A program made the position numbers and the translations under genes. Below the pieces are notes generated by a model. That model was not told where the DNA came from. It made no database searches and saw only the letters and a list, made by a program, of their open reading frames with translations. A stretch of DNA of 64,000 nt from Podarcis tiliguerta (lineage: Eukaryota). Shown here in pieces: positions 49,599 to 63,000 of the stretch. The stretch lies in assembly GCA_965153285.1 (NCBI GenBank), contig OZ229115.1. One strand, written 5' to 3'. Numbering within the stretch: position 1 is the first letter of the stretch; each line of letters opens with the position of its first letter.

Positions 49599-50285
49599 TG
49601 CATGCCTGAGCGCCATTCTGTAGGTTAACAGGCAACTGCAAAAGACAATGGATGGGATAACTGAAGCTGCACTGCAGGCAATAGACCCTAAACTGATTGT
49701 TCTCTGGAGTCTCCACCTCAAACATGTATTGAAGAAATGCAACTGCTCCAAGTTTGCACCTAGCTGGTTTCTTCTTAGAGCAGACTAGAACGGTGGTGCA
49801 CTTGGAACCATTGCCAGGGATGATGGTATAAATAGGCTGCTGAAAGGTGTGAATATCCTAAGGGAAGCCAGCTGGATTTCATCGACAGCCATCACCCAAA
49901 TATTTGTGCTGCCTGCACTTTAAAAAAATGTAAGCGATTCAATGCTGAGTCCCTAAGCCTAGAAGAAGAAGCTTCCCCTCCCCACCCACCAGCATTTGAA
50001 AAAGGAAGCTGCCTTACCTGCCCACTGAAAAAGGAATGCATTAAAAAGTAACAGGTTAAAAGGGAGCCTACCCAAATAAATGATCAACCTTTGGTTAAGT
50101 TGATAAAAATATGACAAACTGACCCCTTCATGCAATACGGAGGGGGCTGCTTGTGTCTTAATGAACTTGTTTCCGATGACACACAAGAATCTTGGGACAG
50201 CTGCATATTGTGGCAGGTCACTGAAAAATTGCAAAACATAGTAGCTGCAGAAAATCCAGGAGAAAGTATACCAATTTTTTGGAAA

Positions 50286-51051
50286 GAACAAGAATGTTTA
50301 TCGCCAAAGACTGGAAGGGGAGAGAAAACCCCAACGAAGGAGGAATGGCAGATAAAATTGTTTGATTATTTGGAACTTGCAAAAATGACAGAAACAATCA
50401 GGAATCAAACAAACCAAAAGTTTATAAAGGAATGTGAGTGTATTTTAAAAAACATTGTTCCCAACTAAAATCTTTAGTATGCTTGGATTAATTTTCGCAG
50501 ATTACATGATTAATAAATAATGTATTGGCTATAACATAGATTATGATAAAGAAGAAGAAGAAGAGGAGGAGGAGGAGTTTGGATTTGATATCCCGCCTTT
50601 CACTCCCTTTAAGGAGTCTCAAAGCGGCTAACATTCTCCTTTCCCTTCCTCCCCCACAACAAACACTCTGTGAGGTGAGTGGGGCTGAGAGACTTCAGAG
50701 AAGTGTGACTAGCCCAAGGTCACCCAGCAGCTGCATGTGGAGGAGCGGAGACGCGAACCCGGTTCCCCAGATTACGAGCCTACCGCTCTTAACCACTACA
50801 CCACACTACACATAGTAAAAGGGGAGGGGGAGAAAAAGGGGGGGGAAGACCCGCAGTGAGGTAGATGGAAGTCACCTGTAAAAAGTAGAAGACTATTTAG
50901 TCAAGATTTAAGATCCTGAAGACATATGGTGCTGAAGATTTTCATTAAGTATGGGCGTTTCTTCATGATCTTTTTTCTGTGTATTTTGAGTATCTTGTGT
51001 TGTTTTGAAGATGAATTAAATACTTGTAATATCTAATGAAACTAATAAAAA
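50286..51051 (+). mobile_element. L1-clade LINE 3' fragment interrupted by a SINE
   Basis: RMFIAKDWK, frameshift, then PTKEEWQIKLFDYLELAKMT, homologous to the 21007 element; AATAAA near 51044; boundaries approximate. Confidence 0.7.
50549..50807 (-). mobile_element. Squam3-like SINE nested in an L1 3' fragment
   Basis: Reverse complement of the 56800 element with (GAA/GAG)n tail. Confidence 0.85.
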
Positions 51052-51417
51052 GCATTGTTTGTTTGTCTGTCTGTCTGTTTGTTTGTTTTGCAAAACAGGG
51101 ATTCTGTGATTAGATATTAAGTCAAATGCCTCTTGGCAAGGAAGAAAACAGAAGGTGAAATTGGTGCTTGCGCTTGAATCCTGCCAAGTCCCCAGCAGGC
51201 TAGGGATCGGCTCCCTTCTCCCTCCATTGAAAGACATAGCAGCTAGATGATGCAAAGTAATCTCTTCGTCTTCCCAGGAGGTGCCAGTTCTTGAGTACTC
51301 CACCTGATCCTAAGGAGGCATCAGACGTTCAGCAGCAATTTGGATTTTGAGATCTTCCTCCTCTTGCCTTGCTCTTCCAGTTTCCTGGCTTTGCTTCAGC
51401 CACAATGCTTAGGAGTA

Positions 51418-51652
51418 CAGTCATACCTTGGGATAAATACGCTTCAGGATAAGTATTTTCGGGCTGCGCTCCGCGGCGACCCGGAAGTAACAGAGTGTGT
51501 TACTTCTGGGTTTCGGCTCTTGCGCATGCGCAGACGGTCAAAATGACATCACGCGCATGTGTGGAAGCGGCAAAACGCGACCCGCGCAGTCGCGTCTTAC
51601 ATTCTGTTCAGAGTGCGAACGGGGCTCCGGAACGGATCCTGTTCACATCAGA
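51418..51652. mobile_element. Tigger/pogo-like MITE with right end lost; related to 58711 in opposite orientation
   Basis: TA-CAGTCATACCT start; internal CCGGAAGTAAC hairpin shared with the 58711 element. Confidence 0.72.
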
Positions 51653-52649
51653 TGCTTTTTAAACAAGACCGCACACCATTCCAGAGCTATAGCAGTGCCT
51701 TGGGGAACCTACTGAAGAGCTTTCCAACGTGATCCAGAAAGCCAACATTCTCATTTTTCAAGATATATTCCAGGGGTGGAAGAAGAGGGAGGCATGGCAG
51801 CAAAAAGAAAAACTGGGCTGCAATGTGTTCCAGTCCTTCACTTTCACAACGAAGCAGCTACTACACCCTCTCCCTCCCTCCCTCCCTCCCTCCCTCTGTG
51901 TGTGTGTTTGTGTACACACACACCATCCAAGTCATCTGTATGCAACACCAACTGTTCGGGTTTCTGTGTACTCACATCATGTGACTCCAGTCTGGCATGC
52001 TGGCCACAGGACAACCCTCTCCTCGCCTTCATCACCCATCTCACACTGACAGCTACTGCACTTATTTTCACTTGCTATTCAGATCATGCACACAGACTGC
52101 TCAGAAACCAATCTCATGCCCATTAGTACTGCCTGCTGTGTGGATGGGCAGACAGGCTGCCTAGAGAACAATAGGCAAAGAGAAAAGCTGCAAGTCCTAT
52201 CCAATATTGTTACGGAGGGCTGAGGCTTCTAAGCTGCCCTTGCGGCCATTTGCACTGTTCTGAAATTTGTCCTAGGCATTACTGCAGGGATTTACAGGTC
52301 CACTTGCACCCACTAACATTTCTCCATACAGCTGTGCAAGTGGATACAGAACTTCAGGAATAAAAAATTTAAAGTGTAGAAAAGGGGTTCCAGCAGCCTG
52401 TCACCATGGCTGTGGTCAAGGAAACGGCTGTGTGTTCCCTATGCACACACCAGCCTTTCTTCATACCCACATTTATAATTGCATATTGGAAATTGTCAAT
52501 AAGAGCCTGTTGCAAGTCTGTTAGCCATTCACATGATTAGGGACAAACCCCCATGTATCTGCAAAGAGAATTGAAGACTGAGAGAAGGCAAGATGCCGCA
52601 GTAGAACCAAACTGCCCACTAGCAGCAATTCTAAGTCAGGGCAAAGAAC

Positions 52650-52650
<1 letters not shown>

Positions 52651-52682
<32 letters not shown>

Positions 52683-52850
52683 AATTTATATACTGCCCTA
52701 TACCCACAGGTCTTAGGGCAGTTCACAGGATAAAATCGCAATATAAAAACACAAAATACATAATCAAAATAAAAACAAGAACAACCCAATAACCTCCCGC
52801 AATTAATCAGGGAGGGAAAATAGAATTTCACACACACACACACACACACA
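52651..52850 (-). repeat. (TTA)n microsatellite forming the tail of an L2-like 3' end, followed by (CA)n
   Basis: About 10 TTA units, then TTTATATACTGCCCT..AGGGCAGTTCACA. Confidence 0.55.
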
Positions 52851-54209
52851 ATATCTGTAATAAAACATATAAAAATAAGCACCCATCAGGTATCATCAAG
52901 GAGCAGATTAATAGATCAATTTAACTGTCTTTCAAATCAAAACATTTTAGCCATTGGGTTTTTTCCAATTGCAACGATTCAAAGATGCTCTTTGATCCAG
53001 TGGATCAAAGCGTACAACATGCAGAAGGGCTGGCTGGGCATTTGCTATGTGTTAGTTTTATTTGCTAGAAGATTTAAGTTCACACAGAAACAGCACTGCA
53101 AGTGCAACGGAGTACTGCTCCGGAAGGGTTTAGTTTTATAGAAAAAAGGTAATATCAAGGTATGCCAACTTTGGGCTAAAAAAACTGGTCATTGTATTTT
53201 TTAATGCAGAATGAATCAGGATAGTAAAGCAAAGGAGTTTGCCTGGCCTGACTCCAACTAGGGTAATTCCATGTTGCAGACACTTAACTCTTGCTGTGAC
53301 TGCAACTGGAAACCAGATTCCTTTTGGCCTACTGCCCTGACCTCACACACAGTTCCATTCTACACCACATTTTTGGCAACCTTGTGAGCACCAAGAACTG
53401 GTTGCTCTCCCTTAAGATAATCCTGTAGGGAGCTATTGAACATGCATGTTTTGTCAGCTTTGCTACCTAGCACTTCAGCAAGCCCCAACTATTTTATGTT
53501 ACACTGCCACTTTCCTGCAGTGAAGTGCCTAAATACAGCATCATTAGAACTATACAGCATAGTGGTACCAGAAGACCGTTATGCTGAGAGACCAGAAACA
53601 GAACCTGATGCCAAGGAGATTGTTAGTGGTCTGAGATCCATTCATCTACACTTCCATGACCCCATTTGACTGCAAGTCATCAAATGGATATGAGAAGTGC
53701 CTAAACTATACATAGTTTCTCTTGGAGGAAGCAAGGATATGGCACATTCCAGCTGCTAGCAGCCATCACAAGAACCCAAAGGGCAGACATGAAAACGATA
53801 AGACCACAATGTGTTTTAAATGGCTAGCCTAAAGCTATTGATCACCATCAACCACAGGTCAATACTCCATTTTGCTTTGTTCTTCCTCGACTTTGTAGGA
53901 AAGGTTGACTATACGTAGTTCTCTTTTACCGCTTGCATTTGATTTCCCAGAATTGAAATTACAGCTTCTATTCAATTCCAATGATTCATAATGTAGAGTC
54001 CAAGAGAAGCCCTCCCTTCCTAAAGAACCTCAGCTTCAATCATCTGGCTAGGATGCAACTAGGGGATATGGTACTGCTCTTATCTGGAGGACAGTTCCCA
54101 GAACATGATGCTGGAGAACTGACTCTTGGCTGCATGGCCACTAGCCTATGGTGTTCCTTGAGGCTTCCTTTTGCTTCTGTTGCTGTTTAATATCCACATT
54201 AAAACACTA

Positions 54210-54790
54210 GCAGAGTTGTCTGTGGATTTGGGGTTGGGTGCCATCAGCATCTCACTTTTTCAGCAGATACCAGGGAGGTGGTAGAAGTTCTGAAATGTTA
54301 TTTGAGCGTAGTTGCAGGCTGGATGTGAGCAAATGTGTTATCCAGACAAGATGGAAGTGCTGTTGTTTAATAGGAAGACTAGTTCAGGATTAGGTGTACA
54401 GCCCATTCTGGATGGAGTTGCACTCTGCTTGAAGAGTCAGGATCAGAGTTTGAGGGTGCTCCTTCATCTGGCATTCCCCATAGGACATTTAGCTGGAATG
54501 TAAACCCAGGGGTAAGCATCACCTATGTTGCTCCACTCACTTCTGCCTCTTTTCATCACTGGTAATGTGGCCCCAGAAGATTGCCTGTTAGAAAATGTGA
54601 CTCTTAGGCTGAAAGAAACACAAAATACCCCTGTCCTAGGCACTCACAGATAGCCACTGCAGCAACTTTGTACATCTTTGGCTAGTGCCCCAGCCCTTTC
54701 CTGGAGATCAGCTACACATGCCTTGGTCACACTCAGATTAGATTACTGTAATGTGCTCCATGTGAAATGGCCCATTGAAAGTGTATTAAG
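54210..54790 (+). mobile_element. Decayed L2 LINE ORF2 fragments, interrupted by a short hAT-like insert (about 54508-54635)
   Basis: PDKMEVLL...PILDGVAL...SLRVLL and HALVTLRLDYCN match L2 post-RT motifs (NPDKTEVL, HALVTSRLDYCN). Confidence 0.7.
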
Positions 54791-55063
54791 GAGAGAAATA
54801 AAAGAAAGGGGGGGGGGGGAGAGCCAAAGATACAAATCTTTGTACTGTGCCAGTAGATGTGTGCAAATTTGGAGAAACAGTCTTAGGGAGCCTTAACAAG
54901 CAAGCAACTTGATGGTCATCCAAGTTCATGTATTTTGCATGTTTCAGCCACTTCCCAACACATGTTTAGAACACAACTTACTAGTAGAAAAGAGGTAAGC
55001 AGGAGACCTGGGAAGATGTAATGTTGTAGATTCTATATGCCTTGAGCAAGTCACTCCTCCTCA

Positions 55064-55324
<261 letters not shown>

Positions 55325-56799
55325 CTATAAACACAGCAAAAAGTAATATGAGGTTTGGTCCTCAGATCTGATGCACAAGTTAATATTACCAGCAGTACTG
55401 ACATTGGGCTTTAGATTCTATTTTGATCAGGGCTATATATCCCACCTGACTGTCCCTCTTCCAAAATCCTCACTGGCATTTAGCTTTCCCAATCTATTTA
55501 GAAAGAAACAGATTTTCTTCCAAAATGCATGCTAACATTCAAAATTGCTTAAGCAAGAACTATGGCTTGCAGCGTAAAATTGTAGCTAAGCATTTTGCAA
55601 AGATTTCATTTTTAATCCTTTAATTCAAGTTGTACCAGCATAACTATGTTCGAGATATGAACTGAAACAAGAGACACATTTTGCAGGTCCCTCCCTCCTC
55701 TTATGTGGCCCAAGACTTTATTCTTAATGAAGAATACAGCCATCTTGGGAACACAGCATGGCTTTGTACATTAGAAGCATGCACTGAAAAAGGAAGCAAA
55801 AGTGATGCTATCGTACAATAGCAAAAGGATTTGTGCAACTCTTCATAAGGGAGCACAAGAGTTGTGCCTACACTGAATATATACATCTTGCCATCTTTGC
55901 ACAAGAACCAGAAGTATGGAGAAAACCAAATCCTCTTGAATCTCTCTTCTTTGTAGTAAACGATGAACCTCCTGTTATTCAGCAGCATTATGGTGTATGC
56001 TTTGCTGCACAGCCCCCCCAAAATCAGAACTTTCACAAAAGTTCTATGCCCTTATGTCCATGATCTTATGCCCAATGGTTCTTTGAATGCCAGCTTCTCT
56101 AGATACAGAAGAGGGAATAACTGTCACATACAAGACTCAGATGCCAGTCACTTCTGAGTTTGTTCGCTGTGATGGCTGGCAGGTTTTAGATGCACATCAG
56201 CAAGTTTCAGAAACTGTGCAAAATGGGAATTAAAGGGAATCTAGACACATTTAGAAACACCAAGGTCACCACCTAATAATTCTCTGTGAATCCACAGGCA
56301 TAGAAGTGAGAACAAGTTGGTGGTGCTACATTATCCTCTCGGAGCTTTCCCTATTGAACCAGGATAGATTTAAAAAAAAAAATGTATTGAACTGAAGAGC
56401 ATGCATCAAATATGAAAGTTACAAACAGGTTCACTAAAGTCAATATTAATGGTGCAATGGGTAGTCTAGCAATTACAGTAGCACCAGCCATACCTACGGT
56501 TATGTGAGGATATAAAAAAAAACGTAATTCTCTATCATGGGTGCAGAAGCATCAAATAGGCTTTGCCACTGGCACTTAGACATGTCAGACTCAGATTGTG
56601 CGACCAAAGTATAGCCAGGAAGAGCATTCAGGAGGGAAAAGGTAAGTCAAATGCCAAAGCTGTAAAATGGGAAAGAACACAATTCATGTGAATGTGTTGA
56701 GCAGACTGAATAATACTGAACTTAAACTATTTGAGACTCAGGATTCAGACTTTCAAAAGAAAATGTAAAACATGGGGCATGGTAGAGCTTTACTGTCTG

Positions 56800-57050
56800 G
56801 GGCCAGTGTGGTGTAGTGGTTAAGAGCGGTAGTCTCGTAATCTGGGGAACCAGGTTCACATCTCCGCTCCTCCACATGCAGCTGCTGGGTGACCTTGGGC
56901 CAGTCACACTTCTTTGAAGTCTCTCAGCCCCACTCACCTCACAGAGTGTTTGTTGTGGGGGAGGAAGGGAAAGGAGAATGTTAGCCGCTTTGAGACTCCT
57001 TCGGGTAGTGCTAAAGCAGGATATCAAATCCAAACTCCTCTTCTTCTTCT
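56800..57050 (+). mobile_element. tRNA-derived MIR/Ther1-like SINE (Squam3-like)
   Basis: A box TGGTGTAGTGG, core GGGTGACCTTGGGC, (CTT)n tail; possible TSD CTGTCTG at 56793-56799 and 57049-57055; two near-identical copies elsewhere in window. Confidence 0.85.
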
Positions 57051-58710
57051 GTCTGTTCCATGGAACAGTCATGTAACACTGAATTTCTCTTAATATGGGG
57101 CATATCTCTTAATGCATCTGTAGGCACAGGAAGTAGTTCCACAGTCCTGATGACCTTATGTTCACAAACATTTTCCAGCAAATCCCAAGCAATGAATTCT
57201 GGTCCCCAGGGACCCTCTGGGCTTGACCTCTTCTGCAATAAAGCTCTCACAATATGGCTTTATCTGATAATTAGGGTCATAGGTAGTCCTTTATCACAGT
57301 CCAAGGAAAGAGGAGAGGTTCTTCACTGGGAAGGAGGAAATTAACTTTACAAAAAAAGAACTTTTGCAGGGGGTGGGGGAAGCAAGCAAAAGACCAGATG
57401 GCAAAACATCAATATCTAATTTCAAGACCCTCCGCAGTGTGTGATCCCAAATAAAATAGGGGTACGGACCCTGTATGGAATCTCTAGGAAGCACCACTGA
57501 GCCTATATAAAACTTTAGACTGTATGCTACCAAACCTTCAAACATAAGTGGGTTTTCCAGCTGCAGGTTGAGTTCTGCTTTCCACACGCCCACACAGCCT
57601 TCACCCATTATAAACACATAGCTTCCAATGAATGTTGATTGCCTCCTCCTCTTTTTTAAACAAATATTTTTTCTTTATATTTTCATTTTACAATAAACAC
57701 AAAACATAAATTTGAATTATTCCACATCATATTTCAACTCCCCTCCCCTCTTTCAGAGGTTACTTACACTTATACTGTTTTTTACTGCAATTCTAAGAAA
57801 GGGAATAGCATTTCTGAGACTGACACAAGGGCTAGCCCATCAGTACTGTGCAAAGAACAAGTCTCTGCTGAGCTGAATCCGGGTGTGTGGGTTTTTTTGG
57901 GGGGGGGGGGAGAGCGTGTAATGAAAATGTTACATGTCCCCAAAAAGAAATGAGAGTCTTTCCACAGCAAGCCTACAGTTAAAATTGCACACACCTATAT
58001 ACACACTTAATACTGGCACTAATACTGTACAGAGGACCTCCTTTGTTTCTTTTGCGTGATGGTAAAGAAACTGCAAAGATTGGAGAAGGCCATTCCATTT
58101 ATATTCAAGTGTCAGGAGGGGGAACTTCGGTTGACATGTGCAGACAGGGCTTTCTCCCTGCTAGACAGGAAACTGGCATGGGTTTTACACCACAAAGATG
58201 TGAAGGGCAAAGGACAGAAACCGAAGGCATTACCAGGGCAATCGTGATGGACAGGGCAGGTTGGAGAGGCAGAATGCTACAATGGATTACAGAAAAAAGC
58301 ATGCAGTGACCTACAGTGCACATCTGATGCTAGAAAAGTCACCCTGTGTTCCACATTTTGTACTTATTTATACAAATCCCCAGTTGCATCCTGACTATGG
58401 GAACTGAAAACTGAGCTAGGAAAGAGGCAAATGGTAGGGCAGCTACTAGCATGGAATCAGCTTAGCCAGAGGCTCCAGCAACACCATCAAGGTTTGGGCC
58501 GGGGGGGGGGGGAGTTCCAGTTATTTCCTGCTCCTGCGAGGAAAACACTTGATCATAGCAAATGGTAAGGCAACCAGGAGGCAGCTGTTACAGGGTTCAG
58601 GGAAGGAGCAGAGCGAGAAAAATGCACCGTGACAAGCATATGGCAACTATCACACTTCATCTAGCTCAGAAGAGGGCCAGACCATGCAATGACCTCTTTG
58701 GAAGAAACTA

Positions 58711-58940
58711 CAGTGGACGCTCGGGTTGTGAATGTGATCCGTGCGGGAGGCACGTTCACAACCTGCAGCGTTCGCAACCCACAGCGTCGTGTCTGCACAT
58801 GTGCAAAGCGCGATTTAGCGCTTCTGTGCATGCAGGAGCACTGAAACCCGGAAGTAACCCGTTCCAGTACTTCCGGGTTTGGCGTGGTGTGCAACCCAAA
58901 AAAGCGCAACCTGAAGCATCTGTAACCCGAGGTATGACTG
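58711..58940. mobile_element. Tigger/pogo-like MITE
   Basis: Imperfect TIRs CAGTGGACGCTCGGGTT and AACCCGAGGTATGACTG; TA TSD on both sides. Confidence 0.82.
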
Positions 58941-58960
58941 TAAAGGGTGAATGGCTAAAT

Positions 58961-59203
58961 CAGGGGTCAGCAAACGTTTTCAGCAAGGGGCTAGTCCACT
59001 GTGCCTCAGACCTTGTGGGGGGCTGGACTATATTGGGGGGACGACGAATTCCTATGCCCCACAAATAACCCAGAGATGCACTTTAAATAAAAGGACACAT
59101 TCTACTCATGTAAAAACACGCTGATTCCCGGACCATCCGAGGGCTGGATTTAGAAGGCAATTGGGCCGGATCTGGCCCCCAGGCCTTAGTTTGCCTACCC
59201 ACG
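58961..59203 (+). mobile_element. hAT-type MITE
   Basis: Ends CAGGGGTCAGCAAAC...GTTTGCCTACCCACG; perfect 8-bp TSD GGCTAAAT; same family as the 17038 copy. Confidence 0.88.
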
Positions 59204-62200
59204 GGCTAAATAAACATTACATTTTGAAAACACAACCTTCTTCTCTGGAAATGCGACATATACTCCTACAACATGTATCAGCTCATGAATCGATAGCTAT
59301 GGCTATCAAAAGTTCTAACATCCCTAATATCCTCATTATGATGTGATGATGCAGCCGAGATTTAAATCTGCTTGTATATCACTAATTATGGCTATCTAAT
59401 GTATAAATACAAATGGTAGTGTAATTAACATCTGGAATGTGAACGTGTTTTCTTAATTGTTTTTTTTTAAAAAAAGTGTGAACATGGTTTTAACATTTCA
59501 ATGTATTTTCACACTTAAACATCTTTTGTTACATATTATAATGTTGCTTTTTTAAACTTTTCTATGTTTCCAGTTAAGGAAATCAGCCCCCAGTCATCAC
59601 ACTCGATATACATAGCATGCGTGGAAATCAGGGGTGGGGAACCTGTGGTCCTCCAGATGTTGCCGGGACTCCCATCAGTCCCAGCCCACATAGCCAACTG
59701 GCAGCAGTGATGGGAGCTACAGACAAGCAACATCTGGAAAGCTGTAGGTTCCCCATCCCTGATAAAACTGGACACCATGCACTATAGTGGGGGAGCACGT
59801 GTCCCTTGGCCTGTCTCCAGATGGCTCTCAACCCAATTTCATAAGGTTGCTGCAGACCTCTGGCAAAAGCAATCTGTTCCTCCCCGACAGCCTGCTGAGG
59901 GAGCAAAGGGGTGCCCCTTGTCACCTTTTAGCTCAGTATAAGGTAGCTCTATATTACATAATTGGCAGGGCGTTGGCCTAAGACTGAGAAAACCCATTTC
60001 AATAGCTACACTTAAACATTTGGGCACCTGGGATGTTTTTCTGCCTCCAGGGGTCTAGGCTGTGCTCCTTGTCCTCATTCAGAAGCTCTGGAATGACTAA
60101 TAGTTTGCATGCAGAAGGTCAAAGATCAAACCTTGACATCTCCAGTTAAAAAGGATCAAGTAGGAGGTGATGGGGGGAAAGACCCTCTGCCTGAGACCCC
60201 AGAGAGCCATTCGCAGAGGAGACCATACTAGGCCAGATGGATCACTGATGGTCTGTCTCAGTAGCATGTGGCTTCATATAGTAAAAACATATGTTCAAAT
60301 ACTTTGAAGAACCATGTGTTAAAAAAAACTACAAGCTGTGGAACAAGATGTTATCATTCCCCACACCAAGCGAGAAACCCTAACTGAGTGGGGGTGGGGC
60401 ATGGGGAAAGGGACTCTCTGTGGCATTTGCAGCCTGACTGGCTCCTGCTAGCCAGGAGGAAAAATTGGAAGGCAGTTTTCCCAACTATGTTGGCTGCACC
60501 AAGTCGCAACATGCGTCCAAATCAGGTCCCTCACCAGGAACTAGACTGGCTTTGGATCCAGAAGAGCCATTGCTCTGCTTCCACCCTATCATTGAAACAC
60601 CCCCATTGGGGAGTTTTATTCCAGCTACTGCTGGCAAGAACACCAATGGCAGCATATATTCCTCCATCATTTCCGTGGGCACAGAAAGGGCCTCCATGGT
60701 GGTCAAGTTCCCCTGCCGGTGATTTCTAATCCCTGCCAGCAGTATGGATCAATGGTTAGGATTGCCTCACTCATTCCAGAGTATCAAAGCCTCTTCTCAA
60801 AGCTATGGTGATATAAATACTGAGGGGCAGAAGGCATGGAAAGGAGCTGTTTGGACCAGAACTGCTGGCCCTTTATAAAGAAATGGGTTGTGTCCATAAG
60901 TAGACCCATTGAAATTGAGGAGCATGAGTAACCTAGGTCCACTGATTGCAATGAGTCTACTCTGAGTAGAACTTAGTTGGCTGCAACCCAAAACCTGCAG
61001 CCTTTACAATGATCAGGCAGTAACACCTGCCTTGCTCTGGCCTATTTGCATAAATAAGCTTCTAAGGACATGTTCACTGCAGTTCTCTCTTTTCGAACTA
61101 GCTGAGTTGTGGCATACAGGTTAAATCCTCAGTTTGCATTCCTCAAGTTGCCAATTTAAATCCTACTGCAGACGCAGATACTGGCAGACGGAACTGAGCA
61201 TTGCCAACACGTAGCACCCCCAATAATGGCAGCTGGAAATTTTCAAATGCCCAAAGCTCTAATCAAAAATACTGAGCAAAGCAGTATTGCCCCTCGGGAT
61301 CGAAACAGGGAGGACAGTAGTGTTTAGTAGGGCAGGATTTCTACTACCTCATTCCAGTGCATGTATCATGATGAGAATACGTTCTGTTGGACCCCAGCGG
61401 GTCCAGGTGGTAGCTACATTTACTTTTAAACAACTGCACAAGCATATCCTCTTAATTACAGAGCAGTTAGCGATGGATGCTTGGGTGGAGATTGTCATCC
61501 GTCACTTGTGGCATGCTTCATTTCCAGAAACTGCCATTTTCTGGAGCCTGGGGCACTTGGCAGCAGGTTGAGTCCTTTGTTTAAAAGCTTCCATTTGGCT
61601 CAATCCCAGGCTTTGCTGAGCTGGGATAAAAGGTACTGCAGCAATGAAAAACCGTTTTGTAGCTGAAGAAGAACAGCATTCCAGTGTAAGTGGAGAGGCT
61701 GCTCTCACTGAGTCATGACCAAATACAAGCACAGGTGTTGGCTACAGAGAGAGTTACAAGGCTGCCCCGCAGGGAAATGGCCAGCAGCGCCGGGCATTGA
61801 TTGCCCTTCTCTCCTCGGATGGGTAGGTTTGAAAACACCTATTTTGTTAATTAAAATTGCTCAACAGTTGATTGCACAGAAAGAGCTGCATACTTTGCCT
61901 GCCATGTCTCTATGCAAGTAAAAAAACCCACCTCTACATTTTATTACTATTTTCTCTCTTTTCCCCCCAATCAACTAGAAAGGGGGACCATGCACAGAGT
62001 CTGGGACATCCGCCCAGTTGAAAGGCTTGCCCATGTGGATTGACAGCACAAGGGTTGCTTCTCAAATTGCCAGCTCTGTAGGGCCAGGAGATGGCCAACT
62101 TCTCACACAGCATACTGCCAGGGAAACTGCCTTCCTTCACTCACTATGAGCACAAAGGATAAAAGACCACAGAATATGTGACCAGAATAAGCAGGGGGAT

Positions 62201-62649
62201 GATAATTGTACCAGCTAAACGCCTCCTGTTTTCAAGTCTATGCACCACAACAGGGGAACTCACACAGAGGCCCCCTGGAAGGGCCAGTGGCACAACTAAC
62301 TCTGCAGGTGAACTTGCAGATTCATTTTTAATTGTAAAGGGGGAGAACAAAGTATTTGCAAAGAATCGAATTCTACTGCTTAGACAGTTATAAGGCTAGC
62401 CAGTGCTATTTGCTTAGGATGTTCATCCAAGTCGCCCCTGGAGAATGTCCAAAGGGTTGGAGCTCTGGAGCTAACATTTCTGCTTTTGTTAATCATGGGG
62501 GAAATGCCCCCCCCCCCTCCACAAAGAGCACAACCTTCCCAGTATTTTCTTCCCTCATCCACACCATGCCAGTCGCCGTCGACATGCCTAAACATTTTAC
62601 AGACTCCCTCATCCTGCCCTTTGGTACCCCAGCTGCTTGTGCTTCCGCT

Positions 62650-63000
62650 CCCTATCAAATGCAACCCAAGAGTCACATCCCTTTGGATCAATGTTCCAGG
62701 GGCCTTGTGACAGTGGTAGGTGGGGCCAGAGGCAAAAGTGGGAGGAGCAACAGATATAAATGTACAGTAGGCTAGTTTCTACACACACTCACAAACCTCT
62801 CTTTATCCTCCATCCAGGCAGGGGTGAGGCATTATCAGAGTTCAAGGACACATCAGGAAAAAACAAGGAGAATATGAAGTGCATCCAGTGAATGGTATGG
62901 CTGGGGGGGGGGGAGTACGGTGTAAGGAGAGGCTCAAGGAACTGATAGAGAAGCTTGAAGGACTGTATTTGGCCCCCAGACCTGAGGTTCCTCACCCCTG
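62650..63000 (-). mobile_element. hAT-like non-autonomous element; second copy at about 14110-14369
   Basis: Both copies share GTACAGyAGGCTAGTTTCTA...ATCCAGGCAG...TTATCAGAGTTCA and end in CACCCCTG. Confidence 0.6.
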
